The notes under the pieces are model-generated. The model did no database searches. It was not told where the DNA came from and saw only the letters and a list, made by a program, of their open reading frames with translations. Of a stretch of 64,000 nt of DNA, positions 10,905-25,642 are shown in pieces; position 1 is the first letter of the stretch; the number at the start of each line of letters is the position of its first letter. This DNA comes from Mizuhopecten yessoensis. Taxonomy: Eukaryota. The DNA lies in contig NW_018408465.1 of the NCBI RefSeq assembly GCF_002113885.1, positions 3,128,060-3,192,059 on the forward strand, read 5' to 3'. Made by a program: the position numbers and the translations under genes.

Positions 10905-13248
10905 AACCCGCAACCGTTAGTTTAGACAAGAACCTATGGCTAGGTTAGCGAATTCCTAATAACAAAAGGAAAAGTGACTGTTAAAAACCCCACTAGGAAA
11001 GGTTAATGTTAAAAACGCTATCATTGTCTAAATGGTCCAGAAACGGACGATAGCAATTGATATTTGAAATACCTATAGATTGGGGAAATCTTGTGCCAGA
11101 AAAGGGAACACGTTTATCTAAATGTAAATAAGAGTAATGTTGACTGTAAGTTAACAAACCTGGGTGAGTTAAAACTTCCTAGTTGGTTAAAACCATGAAA
11201 TGTCTTAAATATGGGAATTTTAAATAAAGTGTTCTGAATTTTTATTTTGTCAAAACATAAGCCTACATCTAACATGACATCAGTTATTCACGTCCATATT
11301 CGAGGTTATTGTATTTCATTCATTACAATGAAAATCTTTCTGACAGGTACGATTTCCTAAAACCTGAAAATATTGTGAATCTGGTTCGATTGTTTGATGA
11401 TTGGATAAAACCTGGATAGTTTTTATATGCGGGAGGAAATCCGTCGGCTACTGTTAGGTTGTAGAAAATACCTATTGTATTCAAGATCAAAGAAAGATAA
11501 CTCTTAATTGTTCACCATTTAAAATGACAACGTTAAGCAAGTGCGGGAAGTGATATATGGTGTCGCTCGGTGTTGACACTTTTGTGTCTATTGATATTTC
11601 ACAAAAGATTGAAATGTTGTATTACCCTTTGTATATATAAAAAAAAACTGTAAAAAGTCTGCTGTTGGCAGTGGATTTCATATTTTGATTCTGGTTTGGA
11701 AAGGCGGAGTGTGTTGCCTGGTGTCTATAGGATAGGCTGATGTCCACCGTAGCTTTTTATATATTTAACTGCATTCTGTTCATGTCTGGGCTTCCACATA
11801 TGTAAATATCCCATGTTCATGTTAAATGCCTTTCGCAGTATCTATCTTAAACCGCCTTTGTAATGCAATTGCTTTCTGATTTTATAATTAATTTGATTTC
11901 CTATTTTGGATATCGGACATCAAAAGATATAATCGGAAGAGGATTTTTTGCTTTGTTAAAGCGCTTCTCAGTTTGACTTGAGTTTTAATGTGTTCGTATA
12001 ACATTGTATATAAAAGTTCAAGTAGAACATGTAGATAGATATTGAAAGTAAAAATTGTGTGATTTATTAAAAAAAATATGTTAAAATGTATATATGTTGT
12101 AAATAGTTACAGAGTTTCATTAAAGGTATTAAACTTACCAAACGTGTTGTGATTTCTCCATTAATGATATTCAAATATGAATTATTGAGAGCTACAACAG
12201 TCGTATGGGTTGATGACCTATTGTGTCCAGCGGAAATCTATTTCTAACAAGATTCAATCTCCTGCTGGGCTAACTCCTGAGCCGTATTTCATACAGAAGG
12301 TCAACTTTGCTTACGTGGGGTGGTACATGGCAAGAGATGGTCTAAATACGGAGTATACACATAGTAACACTGTTTTGTGTTTAAGATCAATGTAATATAC
12401 AGATTTTAATATACACCTTTCAATTAACTGGTTTTATGTTAAACAAATGTGTCTAAATGGATGATACAAATACTTATGCAAAACATGGGATGGGCTTAAT
12501 ATGAGGCATACATATTTTCATGGATGAACTTAATCTTAAGCAAATACTTAAAAAAGAATGGTCCAAATATTAAGCATAAGCAAAACATGTGATGGAATTA
12601 ATATAAAACTGATATAATGAGGGATTTGCTTATACCAAGGTATAGGCTCATTGACGAGCACAGACGTCGTAAGGGATGGGTTTATTGGCGTAACAACGCC
12701 AGGACTTCATATTCGGCAAAGACGTTACAAAATGTCGGGAAGACATCTATCATATATTGAGAACATCTCGAACATGCATAACACGAAGTGGGCTTTAATA
12801 CCAAGTAAACACCTGCTACCAGTAACATATCGTTTTGACATCAGTGATACATATTTCCAACATCAATGATACTTCGTTCTGACACTAGTAATACTTTACT
12901 GAATTCTAACACCAGTGATGCACAGTTCCTGCGTCAGTGATACAGAGTTTTGAGAGTTGTAACATCAAATGTTTAAAAATGAAAGAAAAATCGTGCAATG
13001 TGCTGTGGAGTCTTTGCCCGAGTTAAGTGATACAGTTATTCACAGGATATAAATTGTCTGCTGTTTAAAGTAGACACGCTTTTAACAAAATCACAATAGA
13101 CGCCTAATTCCAATAACACTCGTAACTCTATGAAGCGAGTGTATATATTTGACTTGAGAAACTGAAAATTCATACAAGTTTAAAAGTTTTGTGTCTGGCC
13201 GATAAAATTTGAGCAGGCTTCTAATTCTTGTTCTTTGTCTGCTTTCAG

Positions 13249-13790
13249 ACGCTGCTCATCCCTATAACATTGACCTTCAGGGAGATAGGCAGACGGTAGT
13301 GGGTAGTGTAGTTAGCAGGCAGGGCATGTTTCAAGGTCAAACTCGAGGTCAAGCTTCTGACCACTGGGGAGTTCTGCCTCCTCATCCTGTGGGTGTACCA
13401 AGACTCCTTTCAGAAGTAAAGCATTCTTATGGTGTTGGCGCACAATTTCCTTACTCAGTTCAAACTCCTATGTTCTTTGCTGATGACAGTAATACTGGAG
13501 AAAAGAGGCAGTATATGAACCTTTCTGAGCCTGGTACTGGTCAAGGACAATGTTTAGATGGCTCTATAACCTCTTCCGGGAGCATGAGTGGACATCGGCT
13601 TGTAAGAAACACCGGGACGCGGTATAAACCCTGTGTCTTGTGTCAGTTAAAGAAAGTTCGCACCAAGTCGGGATGGTACGTGAACACGTACTTTAAATGT
13701 CTTGCTTGTGACGTGCCACTGTGTAAAAGTCCTTTAAGGGACTGTTTCCGGCAGTACCATAACTATATTGAACCACTTGACAAATCCTGA
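13249..13790 (+). CDS. Alternative terminal exon E8: long linker plus piggyBac-type Cys-rich domain
   Basis: Acceptor ttctttgtctgctttcag|AC (phase 1); GHRLVRNTGTRYKPCVLCQLKKVRTKSGWYVNTYFKCLACDVPLCKSPLRDCFRQYH; stop TGA; AATAAA at 13925. Confidence 0.85.
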
Positions 13791-15774
13791 TTCTGCTTGT
13801 GTTTTCTTCATAACAGAAACGTTTTCACAAGATCACAGCTGTTATGGAACCAATAGGTAAACCATATTTTGGACATTTCTTATTAATTCAGTTTCACACT
13901 ACCTAAAAAATTTCTTTCAACCTGAATAAACATTTTTAAAGATGATTACTAGTTGAAATGTATAAACAAATCTTAGCTGTTGTCCTGATATATGTTGAGA
14001 ATGATTTTGACGACTCAATCTGAATTCAAAGTGTTATGGATAAAATGTATTAATGTGGAAAGTCTTCATTAAAAATACATTGTTTATATATGTATATAGA
14101 CTAATAGTTAATAAGGAAGATACAGTTGACCTCGCTAACGCTCCTAAAGGCAACTGAAAATATAAACACGATGGGCCTTGATTCAGGTAGCTGTCTGTGT
14201 AGAATATGTTCAACCGAATTTTGGGTAATACAAATTTTGGGTAATCGTATGTTGCTGTTGGAATTGATAATTTGCGGAACCTCCAGAGATGAAATGGACT
14301 TGTCCACAATAATAATACTGGATTTGTACGCAATAATACTCCTGGATTTGTACGCAATAATATACTCCTGGATTCAGGTTTACTAGTTTTGAATCCACAG
14401 AACATACATTGTATAGAGATCATTTAATGCTATTCGGAGTGACCAATATCGACAATGCTCGGAGTTTGCTACGTCTGGCCTAGCTGGAATGTCCGTCATG
14501 TTTAGACATTGTGTAGCACGTCAGTGTGCTGTCTATGGTTTTCAAGGTCAACACTGTTTTGTGTTTAGGATCAATGTAATATAAATTCCTTTTAAAGCCG
14601 TTTATACAGATTTTGATATTTCATCTTGTAATATGTGTTTATTTCATTTTAACAAGGTATTCAAGTCGTTCTGGTGAAGGATTCACATATTTTCTCATTC
14701 TTTAAATCATTTGTAATAAATAATTTATTTCAATACACTGCCTTTTGTGTTTATTTCATGTTTCTCTCTCTTCTTTTTAAATGGTTATATTTAACACTAA
14801 TAACACAAATATCGGGGTAGGTAAATATATAAAGTCAGTAGTTTAATATTGATGGTCACATCTTGATCAAGATATGGTATACTTTAATTTATCAAGTGTT
14901 CGTGAAACATCTTTATCCCACAACCCATAGGGTAAACCTGCTAGAGTTTGTAAACATTTCAGAAGTTTATTTTAGGCTTGTGGATTATTGATATATACTA
15001 GCCCCGGGTTAGTATCTAAAACACTTATATTATACAGAGATGCAAAACATCGTTACACAAACAGATAATTTACACTACCTTATTCAGAGATGGGCAATAT
15101 CAATACAAAGATATACTGGCTTATATGGAGAAGTGGAAACATCTTGGTAAGATACGATATACCCTAACTACAGTTTTGATATCCTTTGCTTATAGAGATA
15201 CAAGACATTGTTATAAAGAGATAACATACACCAGCTGCAACCAAGATACGGTATATCCTTACTTCTATAGCGTCAGTCCAACATGTTTACAAATATATTA
15301 TGTATCGCACCTAACAAGGAAACATAGGAAATGTTAAGTCAAAGTCGATGAAAATAGACAACAGCTGAAAGACGCCATTAAAACTTCATCATTATATCGA
15401 AGTATGAAGTGAAATCGATTTTTGAAAGTACAATCTTATTTAATTTCTTTTGATGCCATTTTATAAATTCAGCTTTAAGAGTTTACGAAAGTGGATTGGC
15501 TAGAAGATCTAGATAAGTAGTGCCGGGCGGAAATATTGACAGTATTAAATATTTTACCAAATTTTACATGGTTGCCTATAAAAACACACGATGTGGGCAA
15601 TACCATCTTCTACGTATTTATTAAGTGTGACATCAAAAAAAAAGTATCTGTTGAAAACAATATATTTGTTCAAGTGTTGGACAGAAAAGATGTATATTCT
15701 TTAAGATATTATTTTTTCATCAGTTTATCGCGAAGAATATTGACAAAATAGCAAACGTTATTTTAGGTGATGAT

Positions 15775-15995
15775 GGAGATTCAGTGTGTGGCACCAGATT
15801 CAATGAGTGGCACCAGATTCAGTGTGTGACACTAGATTCAATGTGTGGCACCAGAATAAGTGTATGGCACCATTTTCAATGAGTGGCACCAGATTCAATG
15901 AGTGGCACCAGATTCAGTGTGTGGCACCAGGTTCATTATGTGACACTAGATTCAATGTGTGGTACCAGATTCAGTGTGTGGCACCAGATTCATTG
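15775..15995. repeat. Minisatellite, about 20-bp unit
   Basis: Repeated gtggcaccagattcagtgt / gtggcaccagattcaatga variants. Confidence 0.85.
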
Positions 15996-16311
15996 TTTTT
16001 GTACGTCTACATTTGGTGGATGCTGTTGTATCGGTATACCTTTGGTTAAGAAAGCTTAGAATATGCAGTTTACGTAATAGTTCCGTACAGCAAGCCTTTT
16101 GATTGACGGCCATCATTGACATGTTCACCACTGTACAGTACACTAGCTACCACAGAGGTCATAAACACATAACCGTGATGATGATGTCCCAGGTGCTGTA
16201 TATACCCTCACAAGGACACAGTAAACCTTGACGGAGAGGTGGTAAAGACATTCACCAAGATATAGTGTACTTCCGAGAGGAATGGTAGGCACTTTACCAA
16301 GGCAATAGAAT

Positions 16312-17602
16312 CTCCGGTATACAGAGGTGATTGTCCGGTATACAGAGGTGATTGTCTGATATACAGAGGAGATTGTCTGATATACAGAGGTGATTGTCCA
16401 GTATACAGAGGTTTTTGTCTGGTATACAGAGGTGATTGTCCGGTATAGAGAGGTGATTGTCCGGTATACAGAGGTGTTTGTCCGGTATACAGAGGTGATT
16501 GTCTGATATATAGAGGTGATTGTCTGGTATACAGAGGTGATTGTCCGGTATAGAGAGGTGATTGTCCGGTATACAGAGGTAATTGTCCAGTATACAGAGG
16601 TGATTGTCTGATATACGGAGTTGATTGTCCGGTTTACAGAGGTTATTGTCCGGTATACAGAGGGGATTGTCTGATATACAGAGGTGATTGTCCGGTATAC
16701 AGAGGGTATTGTCCGGTATACAGAGGGGATTGTCAGGTAAATAGAGGTGATTGTCCGGTATACAGAGGTAATATCCAGTATGCAGAGGTGATTGTCGGCT
16801 AAACAGAGGTAATTAAATGTCCAGTATACAGAGGTGATTGTCTGATAGACAGAGGTGTTTGTCTGGTATACAGAGGGGATTGTCCGGTAAACAGAGGGGA
16901 TTGTCCAGTATACAGAGGTTTTTGTCTGGTATACAGAGGGGATTGTCAGGTAAACAGAGGTGATTTTCCGGTATACAGAGGTGTTTGTCTGGTATACAGA
17001 GGTAATTGTCCGGTATACAGAGGTAATTGTCTGATATACAGAGGTGATTGTCCGGTAAACAGAGGTGATTGTCCGGCATACAGAGGTGATTGTCTGATAT
17101 ACAGAGGTAATCGTCCAGTATACAGAGGTGATTGTCCGGTATACAGAGGGTATTGTCCGGTATACAGAGGGGATTGTCAGGTAAACAGAGGGGATTGTCC
17201 GGTATACAGAGGGGATTGTCAGGTAAATAGAGGTGATTGTCCGGTATACAGAGGTAATTGTCTGAAATACAGAGGTGATTGTCTGATATACAGTGGTGAT
17301 TGTCCGGTAGACAGAGGTGATTGTCTGATATACGGAGTTGATTGTCCGGTTTACAGAGGTTATTGTCCGGTATACAGAAGTGATTGTCCGGTATACAGAG
17401 GTGATTGTCTGATATACGGAGGTGATTGTCCGGTATACAGAGGTGATTGTCCAGTATACAGAGGTGATTGTCCAGTATACAGAGGTGATTGTCTGATATA
17501 CAGAGGTGATTGTCTGATTGATATACAGAGGTGATTGTCTGATATACAGAGGTTATTGTCCGGTATACAGAAGTGATTGTCCGGTATACAGAGGTGATTG
17601 TC
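16312..17602. repeat. Minisatellite, 21-bp unit (ccggtatacagaggtgattgt), about 60 copies
   Basis: Directly visible tandem array ending about 215 bp upstream of the E9 acceptor. Confidence 0.95.
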
Positions 17603-17818
17603 GCCTTTAATCAAAACGCTTTATCCCTAAGTTGCTTTTGAAATAGTAGACGCCTTTACGAAGATCTTATATTATACAGAGTTGTACAGAGATGATACTG
17701 AAATGATATCTACTACACGAGAAATATCCCACATTGACCTTCTGCACCAAACTTGAGATTGTACCCGTATACTGTAACACTGGTGCGAGTGGTAACTGAA
17801 TCTTTGTTTGTGTTTCAG

Positions 17819-18084
17819 GCAATATGTCATCGATCCTGCATGGAAATAAGGTGCACTACGTGGTGAAGGGGACTAAGTATAAACGGTGTATGTACTGTCA
17901 GATTCACGGGGTGAAAACCAAGTCAGGGTGGTATTCCTACACCTTCTACAAGTGTGCGCAATGTGATGTTCACCTGTGCTGTGGAAAACGCACCTGTTTT
18001 ACAGACTTTCATAGCACGCAATATCCTCATTTCAATGCACGGAGATATATATCTGGCCCCGCCCAACCAGACTTTCCTCAATAG
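17819..18084 (+). CDS. Alternative terminal exon E9: piggyBac-type Cys-rich domain
   Basis: Acceptor tctttgtttgtgtttcag|GC (phase 1); VHYVVKGTKYKRCMYCQIHGVKTKSGWYSYTFYKCAQCDVHLCCGKRTCFTDFH; stop TAG. Confidence 0.85.
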
Positions 18085-18714
18085 AGTCAGCACTAAATGC
18101 TAAGTCGAGGAGAATATTCCATTTTTACGTGGGACAGTGGTCAGAAGCATGCTGTAATGGGCAAATATTTCAGGTCACCAGTTGGGAATGAGGAATGTGT
18201 ACTCAATATCGGCAGCGTCATTAACATTGCATTTGTATATACATGTACATACCACTGTCATCTAAAAAAAGTTTAAAAAAAAAATTCATTTATCAAAAAC
18301 GATATCATTGTGACAAGAAATATTCTTATGAACAGCCTTTACACTTGAGTGTTGATTTGTAGTAAAAGTAGAGATGCTTGGTTGGGTAAGAGTGTTTATT
18401 ATGTAGTGTTATCTCCTAGATTACATATATAGGAATTTATTAAAGCCTCCATTTTGATTCATTAATTTATGAAGTGTTTTCATTGGTTCCTAAAAATAGT
18501 AAAGTGTTCTCATTGGTCCATTTACTTGTCAAGCCTCTACATTGGCTCGTTAAATTGGGTTTACCTCGCAATAAGTCTTGTGTGTTCCATAAAAGAAAAA
18601 CAGTTATTTATAAACAATTATGTAAACACTTCGACATTTTACTGTTTTGTTGAAGAACAAACAATAATTCTGGTTTGTTGTGTAGGCTCTACTTAGAAGA
18701 AACAGTTTCCATAG

Positions 18715-21105
18715 ATTTTTGTGTTTTTTGGATTTTCCCCATCGTTCTTGTATTCATTGCAAGAAGATTCCCTTAAAAAATTTCCTTTAAACTTGATATT
18801 GCTGAAGATTGCCTAGGTTACCAATGCCCTGTACCTCTTGGTATCTCCCATTGGGTATATATGTATTGCTTAGTTTTAAGATTGCCTAAAAAACCTGTTT
18901 TGGCTCGAGTTTTTAAATAGGTTCTATTGCTTGATATTTCCCGTTTATCTTTTTCTGCTTCAACTTTGGGATTTCTTTATGCAATCGTTTAAGATGACAA
19001 ACTATCTCACAGTACCTACTTTGATATCTGTACATTGAATATATCTGCCCTCTTCCTTGCCACTGCTGTGTTATTTACCCGGAATACTTTTATATTGGAA
19101 CATTGAATCTGTCTGTCCACTTCCTTATTGCTTAGTTTTAAGATTGCCTTAAAAAACTGTTTTAGCTCGAGTTTTTAAATAGTTTCTATTGCTTGATATC
19201 TCCCGTTTATCTTTTTCTGCTTCAACTTTGGGATTTCTTTATGCAATCGTTTAAGATGACAAACTATCTCACAGTACCTACTTTGATATCTTTACATTGA
19301 ATAAATCTGTCATCTTCCTTGCCACCGCTATGTTATTTACCAGGAATACTTGGATAACGGTACATTGAATATTTCTGTCCCCTTCCTTGCCACCGCTGTT
19401 TTATTTACCAGGAATTCCTTGATATCGGTACATTGACTATGTCTGTCCTCTTCATTGCCAGCGCTTTGTTATTTACCCGGAATACTTTGATCTCGGTCAT
19501 TGAATATATCTGTCCTTGTGTTTTTTGGATTTTCCCCATCGTTCTTGTATTCATTGCAAGAAGATTCCCTTAAAAAATTTCCTTTAAACTTGATATTGCC
19601 GAAGATTGCCTAGGTTACCAATGCCCTGTACCTCTTGGTATCTCCCATTGGGTATATCTGTATTGCTTAGTTTTAAGATTGCCTAAAAAAACTGTTTTAG
19701 CTCGAGTTTTTAAATAGTTTCTATTGCTTGATATTTCCGGTTTATCTTTTTCTGCTTCAACTTTGGGATTTCTTTATGCAATCGTTTAAGATGACAAACT
19801 ATCTCACAGTACATACTTTGATATCTGTACATTGAATATATCTGTCCTGTTCCTTGCCACCGCTATGTTATTTACCAGGAGTAAAGAAATGTTTATGTGA
19901 TGCGTACATGTATAGTAATTTGGTGTCTGTTGTGATTATCTCAACCTCACAAAAGTTGTTCTTTGCGAAGTGCTCGCAATTATGTCTTTCAAAGTTTTTT
20001 GGCTCTATGGTGAAGTTATTTACCAGGAATACTTTTATATTGGAACATTGAATCTGTCTGTCCACTTCCCTGCCACCGCTTTGTTATTTACCCGGAATAC
20101 TTTGATAACGGCACATTGAATATATCTTTCCTCTTCCTTGCCACTGCTGTGTTATTTACCCGGAATACTTTGATATCGGTACATTGAATATGTCTGTCCC
20201 CTTCCTTAAAACCACTGTGTTATTAACCAGGAATACTTTGATAACGGCACATTGAATATATCTGTCCTTGTGTTTTTTGGATTTTCCCCATCGTTCTTGT
20301 ATTCATTGCAAGAAGATTCCCTTAAAAAATTTCCTTTAAACTTGATATTGCTGAAGATTGCCTAGGTTACCAATGCCCTGTACCCCTTGGTATCTCCCAT
20401 TGGGTATATATGTATTGCTTAGTTTTAAGATTGCCTAAAAAACCTGTTTTGGCTCGAGTTTTTAAATAGGTTCTATTGCCTGATATTTCCCGTTTATCTT
20501 TTTCTGCTTCAGCTTTGGGATTTCTTTAGGCAATCATTTAAGACGACAAACTATCTCACAGTACCTACTTTGATATCTTTACATTGAATAAATCTGTCCT
20601 TTCCCTTGCCACCGCTGTTTTATTTACCAGGAATTCTTTGATATCGGTACTTTGAATATGTCTGTCCACTTCCTTGCCACCTCTTTGTTATTTACCCGGA
20701 ATACTTTGATCTCGGTCATTGAATATATCTGCCCTCTTCCTTGCCACTGCTGTGTTATTTACCCGGAATACTTTTATATTGGAACATTGAATATGTCTGT
20801 ACACTTCCTTGCCACCGCTATGTTATTTACCAGGAATTCCTTGATATCGGTACATTGAATGTATCTTTCCTCTTCCTTGCCACTGCTGTGTTATTTACCC
20901 GGAATACTTTGATCTCGGTCATTGAATATATCTGTCCTATTCCTTGCCACCGCCGTGTTATTTACCAGGAGTAAAGAAATGTTTATGTGATGCGTACATG
21001 TATAGTAATTTGGTGTCTGTTGTGATTATCTCAACCTCACAAAAGTTGTTCTTTGCGAAGTGCTCGCCATTATGTCTTTCAAAGTTTTTTGGCTCTATGG
21101 TGAAT
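18715..21105. repeat. Complex tandem duplication: three copies of an about 330-bp block interleaved with about 62-bp repeat units
   Basis: tgtgttttttggattttccccatcgttcttg recurs at about 18720, 19517 and 20269; 62-bp unit cttccttgccaccgctgtgttatttaccaggaatactttgatatcggtacattgaatatatctgt; a second block is duplicated at about 19877 and 20967. Confidence 0.9.
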
Positions 21106-21680
21106 TGGTCCTGTTGTTCTATTAAATTTCCTTTTTAACAGTCTATGCGATTTAAAAAAAATACCTCATTGTTGAATTTGCATGAGATTATCAAACATCC
21201 ATCGAAGCATGGCTTTTGTTACAAAGAAAGTATCGCATATATGGTGATAAATAAAACTATTTCATGGTGTTTTTGGATTGACTTATATCTTGTAAACAAC
21301 TGTTACGTCAGCTTACTAAGTTAATTACAAGTATATTATTTGTCATTTCAGTATTGATAAATCTCCAGTGATGACTTTGAACATCAAACAGATGGTTTTG
21401 TACTAATTCATCATTATATTCATTAATATTTAGGATATTAATTACAAATGGAAGCAGGCATGAATATTTGTCAATTTTTTCTCAAGTGAAAACAATTGGA
21501 ATTTGGGAGCAAAATTTAAGTTCCGTTTTCAGTCTTTCTTGCCTACCGAATTTTAATGTCGCCTATATTTTACCATAAATGCTATTGTTGAATATATATT
21601 GGATTGAATAAAGCTAAGTAATACAATTCTTCATTCTTTATGTTTGTTCCATATACAGTAATCTATGATTTTACAGGGGC

Positions 21681-21896
21681 TTAAAGCTGACAGTGCAAGT
21701 TAAAAAGCTTTCAATTGAGATTAAAAAATAAAAAATTCAAAATATTTTTTTCTGGTTTTGAGATCTTCCCCATCTTTTCCGACTATCGTTTCTAAGGAAG
21801 TGCCGACATTTTAGTTTTATCTTGCTTGATAACGATATTTAAAAAAAAAAAAAAAATCTCGATTGAAAGCTTTTAAACTTCAACTATGAGCTTTAA
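21681..21896. mobile_element. TTAA-flanked MITE with about 40-bp imperfect TIRs (AG...CT termini, Kolobok-like)
   Basis: ttaa-agctgacagtgcaagttaaaaagctttcaattgagatt ... aatctcgattgaaagcttttaaacttcaactatgagct-ttaa. Confidence 0.6.
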
Positions 21897-22986
21897 GTAC
21901 CATTATGAATGAAAGTTTGGATATTTGATGACGTAGATAAATTCTGATGACGTAGTATAAGTCGTGAAGACAATATGTGATGACGTAAAAGCTGACGTAG
22001 ACGTATGACCTGCAGATATAAGGTGTAATAATGTGGAGGTATAACATCTGATGACCGTCAATGTAAGCTTTATGCAACGCAATCTTGTACGGGTTTACAC
22101 CCTAGGGCAGTTGGAAGTACTGTACTTGAAGAATTGATGAGCCAGTAACCACGTTATATAGTTAAAATGATGAAACACGTCCAGTGAACGATAGTCTGAA
22201 TTTGCGATCTAGGAGTATATTTGCACTGTTATATTTCATTTACTAATGGTCGACCCGGGGGTCCTAGACACTACAAAGACATATATGGTTTCAGACATTC
22301 TGGGGTTACTTATGAGTTGAGCCTCAACTTGTATGAGAGGTCTACCTTCAGAATAAATCTTAACAACAAATTGGATTCGTCTTTTCCTTGTTTTGCTTTT
22401 GTCATAGCAGATTTGTCTTATATATATACTTTTGAATGTTTCTTTAAACTATTTTTCTGGGAGTTTCTTTTTCAAATATCGAAACAATAGTTAAAATGGA
22501 GATTTAGAAAGGTTTTGTTCAAATAAAAAGTTCAAATGAAATGCGAGAGATGATACACTTAAAAATGTGCTTCACCTGTGAGTGAATCTCAGCTAGTTCT
22601 AAGTCAGTCATGAATAGTGACTCATATTTCACATTTTCACAATTGAAAAAGTAGCTCTGCATCTTCCACTCTACCACTGTTTTCATGGCAATGACTACTC
22701 CTAGGGGTATTGCACTGTTAACTGTACACACAATTGGATACAACTACCCTTTCTTTCAAAATGTTGAATTCAAAATCAATCCTGCTGTTCTCATCTGAGT
22801 TTTATATGACATACAATGATTTCAAAACATCGAGTAACTTTGTTCTCGACCGTTAGTCCTAATTCAGATGGAAACACAAGCTTGCTTGTACTTTTTTTCA
22901 TTGATGATCTACCCATCTCAAATATCTATCTGTCGCCAAACGTAAGGACCACCTATGATAATTGAAGCTGTTTTTTGTGCTTGCAG

Positions 22987-23435
22987 GATTGTCCAGTACA
23001 TTCCCCACCTACACCAGTGCCCTACACACAGAAGGTCAGCCAGTCACCGGCCAGTTTCCCTCCAGTGTCTTTTCTTCCTATCTCCAAACATCACTGTCTA
23101 ATCTCCCTCAGCCCACGTTTATGGGGCACCCAGCCAATATGCCTCACCAATTCCCCAATACATATCCCAAGGAAACTGGTGGTGATTATTCAAAACCTTT
23201 CCCTAAACTGGGAAAGGACGATCCCGGGAGCAGGGAGCATAAGATTGTCAGAAATACGGGTACTAAGTACAAGACGTGCGTATTCTGTCAGATGAGGGGC
23301 GTGAAGACAAAGTCTGGATGGTACTCCTATACCTACCACAAGTGTGAGGCGTGCGACGTGTCACTATGTAAAGGCAAACGGAACTGCTTTGAAGAGTATC
23401 ACCGAGCCTTTGGGATCAAACTCGACTGGTATTAG
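22987..23435 (+). CDS. Alternative terminal exon E10: Pro/Ser/Thr-rich linker plus piggyBac-type Cys-rich domain
   Basis: Acceptor ttttttgtgcttgcag|GA (phase 1); EHKIVRNTGTKYKTCVFCQMRGVKTKSGWYSYTYHKCEACDVSLCKGKRNCFEEYH; stop TAG. Confidence 0.85.
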
Positions 23436-24911
23436 TCATTTCACACTGAGAAGGGAAAGCATTACTGGTATATCATTCATTTATTAATGCTGATCACCAG
23501 ACTGAAGGCAGTGTTACTACAGATCACATGTCACTGGTTTTCACCGACCATACAAGTCGGCCTGCTGATTATTCCATCATTTTGCTGATCAAACATCGAC
23601 AGGGTTTTGTAGCAATTCCTTGTGTTGCTCATTAAAGAACAGCGTTGCAACAGGGATGTACCATTACTGGTTTAGTTATTGGTGATGTTGTGAAGAGATC
23701 GTATTAAGACTATCGTCCACATTGTGTCTCTTAACTAACACTAGACAAAATGTATTACATTGACCAGAACTAGGAATCAACATTGACCAATTAGTATGTT
23801 ACTTACATCTTACAACATGGTCAAAGTATTCGGGTGATATGACAGAGAAATGATGCAAGGCTTACCCTAACATGTGTTATAAATGTATCTCCGATGTCAA
23901 TTTAAACCACGAGAAAACAAGGATTATAAACCACGAGAATACATTGGTGATATGAATATAAATATTGAGAATACCTTGATGTATCATACATGAGTGTGTT
24001 AGACATGGGAGTTGTGACGAACACCTTTGTGTGGGTGATTTGTATACGTGTTGACTAATTTCTTGCCTCTGTGTGACAAGTTAAACGTGACAAACATTAA
24101 AATATATGAGTGCAATATTTACATCAGGTATTAAAATTTGAATTGTGATTACCTCTGTGAAAATGTACATTGACTTTCTGTAATTTGGACACAGTGTGCT
24201 TCAACGGGTCAGTTCCAAATGACCAAATGTTCTAGACGTAGCCTGCTAATGTCAGTCAGTTTAGTTTAGTACTTGCGTACCAATACCAATATCAGGCGAT
24301 ACACTACACCTGAATGCACTGTGTAACAGGTTCTGTATATATATATTAGTTGTCAATAAAAAAAAACATCACTGTAGTTCCGTTTTATCTTGTATTTAGA
24401 AAGGAAAGACGAGTATTTTAAATGTACAATATTGATTTTAAGATATGTTGAGCTTTTTTCAGAATAAGGATTAAAACCCGCGTAGTAAAGATGCTTACTA
24501 TGAACACATCAGGTTGTGTAACATTAAAAAAAATGTATAATGAATGTCAAACACCACATCCAATGTAGCTGAAACAATTTCCAAAGTCGAATAGGTTTGA
24601 TATAAAATGTTCTTGTGTATTGCACATTATAGAACACATTTGTGGGAATGCCAGGTGTAAATTTTCTGTTAATGAAACCACTATTTACAAAAAACATCTG
24701 TAATGACATCGTATCGGTGCCTCCAGAGGCCACAAGATGTGATGTTAGTACCCGCAATTTATATATACCAAGACCATATCTCATACACAGCAAAGTTAAA
24801 ATAAAAAAAATTGTCATGTTTGTATAGAATTGTGAGGCCATTTTTTATACCGCAACCTCTTTGGGGGAGAGTCACATGATCTGTTTTATTGATCTTATCA
24901 CATTTGATAGA

Positions 24912-25132
24912 GGCCACGGTGGCCGAGTGGTTAAGGTGTCTGTCCCTCTACAATCACTAGCCCTCCACTACTGGGTCGCAGGCTCGAGGCATACATAGGG
25001 CAGTCGCCAGGAAATGGTCGCTGACCGATGGTTTGTCTCCAGGTACTCTGGTTTTCCTCCGCACAAAAACTAGCTCGTCCTTAAATGACCATAGCTGTTT
25101 ATAGGACGCAAAACATAAGTAAACAAAACAAC
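24912..25132 (+). mobile_element. tRNA-derived SINE (V-domain-like body)
   Basis: Pol III box A ggtggccgagtggttaagg, degenerate box B ggctcgagg, body ggtttgtctccaggtactctggttttcctcc, 3' tail gtccttaaatgaccatagctgtt..ataggacg followed by an aaac-rich end. Confidence 0.7.
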
Positions 25133-25642
25133 ATTTGAAGGGTGTTGTACAATCACAGAACCTTTATAGGAAGTGTTTTGCTAAACAATGTGTTTTTTTA
25201 AAGGGCATTTTAAGTCTGATTAGATCATGTCTCCTTATTGTATTGTGCTTAAGATTGTTGTCGATAATGATATTGAATTCCTTCAATCTGTTTCTTTCCG
25301 TTAACCGTCTTTCTGTCTCCCTTTTTTTTCATATGTCAAAGCTACCAGGTAACCAATTTACAGCTAGTGTAGGTCCATTTTGAAACGGATGTAAACAATG
25401 TATAGTTATTCACACATTAACAGTTTATATTTTTCAAGATTGCATATGGAACAAAAAAAAGGGTTGCATTTTTCTACGAGAATGGTCATCTTAACATGTG
25501 TAAACATACAGCGCTTATCCTAAAAATGGACCCTCCGAGGTCACTTTTCCCGTCATCATAACTGCTGTATTAGTTAGTATTGTTTGACATATTTATGTGT
25601 AGCCTTATGGACTCTAATTACCATCTCGCTTTGTCCTTTCAG

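Noticed and set aside
16813-17614. (PDNHLCI)n ORFs, and likewise the 4026-4355 ORF
   Set aside because: By-products of 21-bp and 63-bp tandem repeats.
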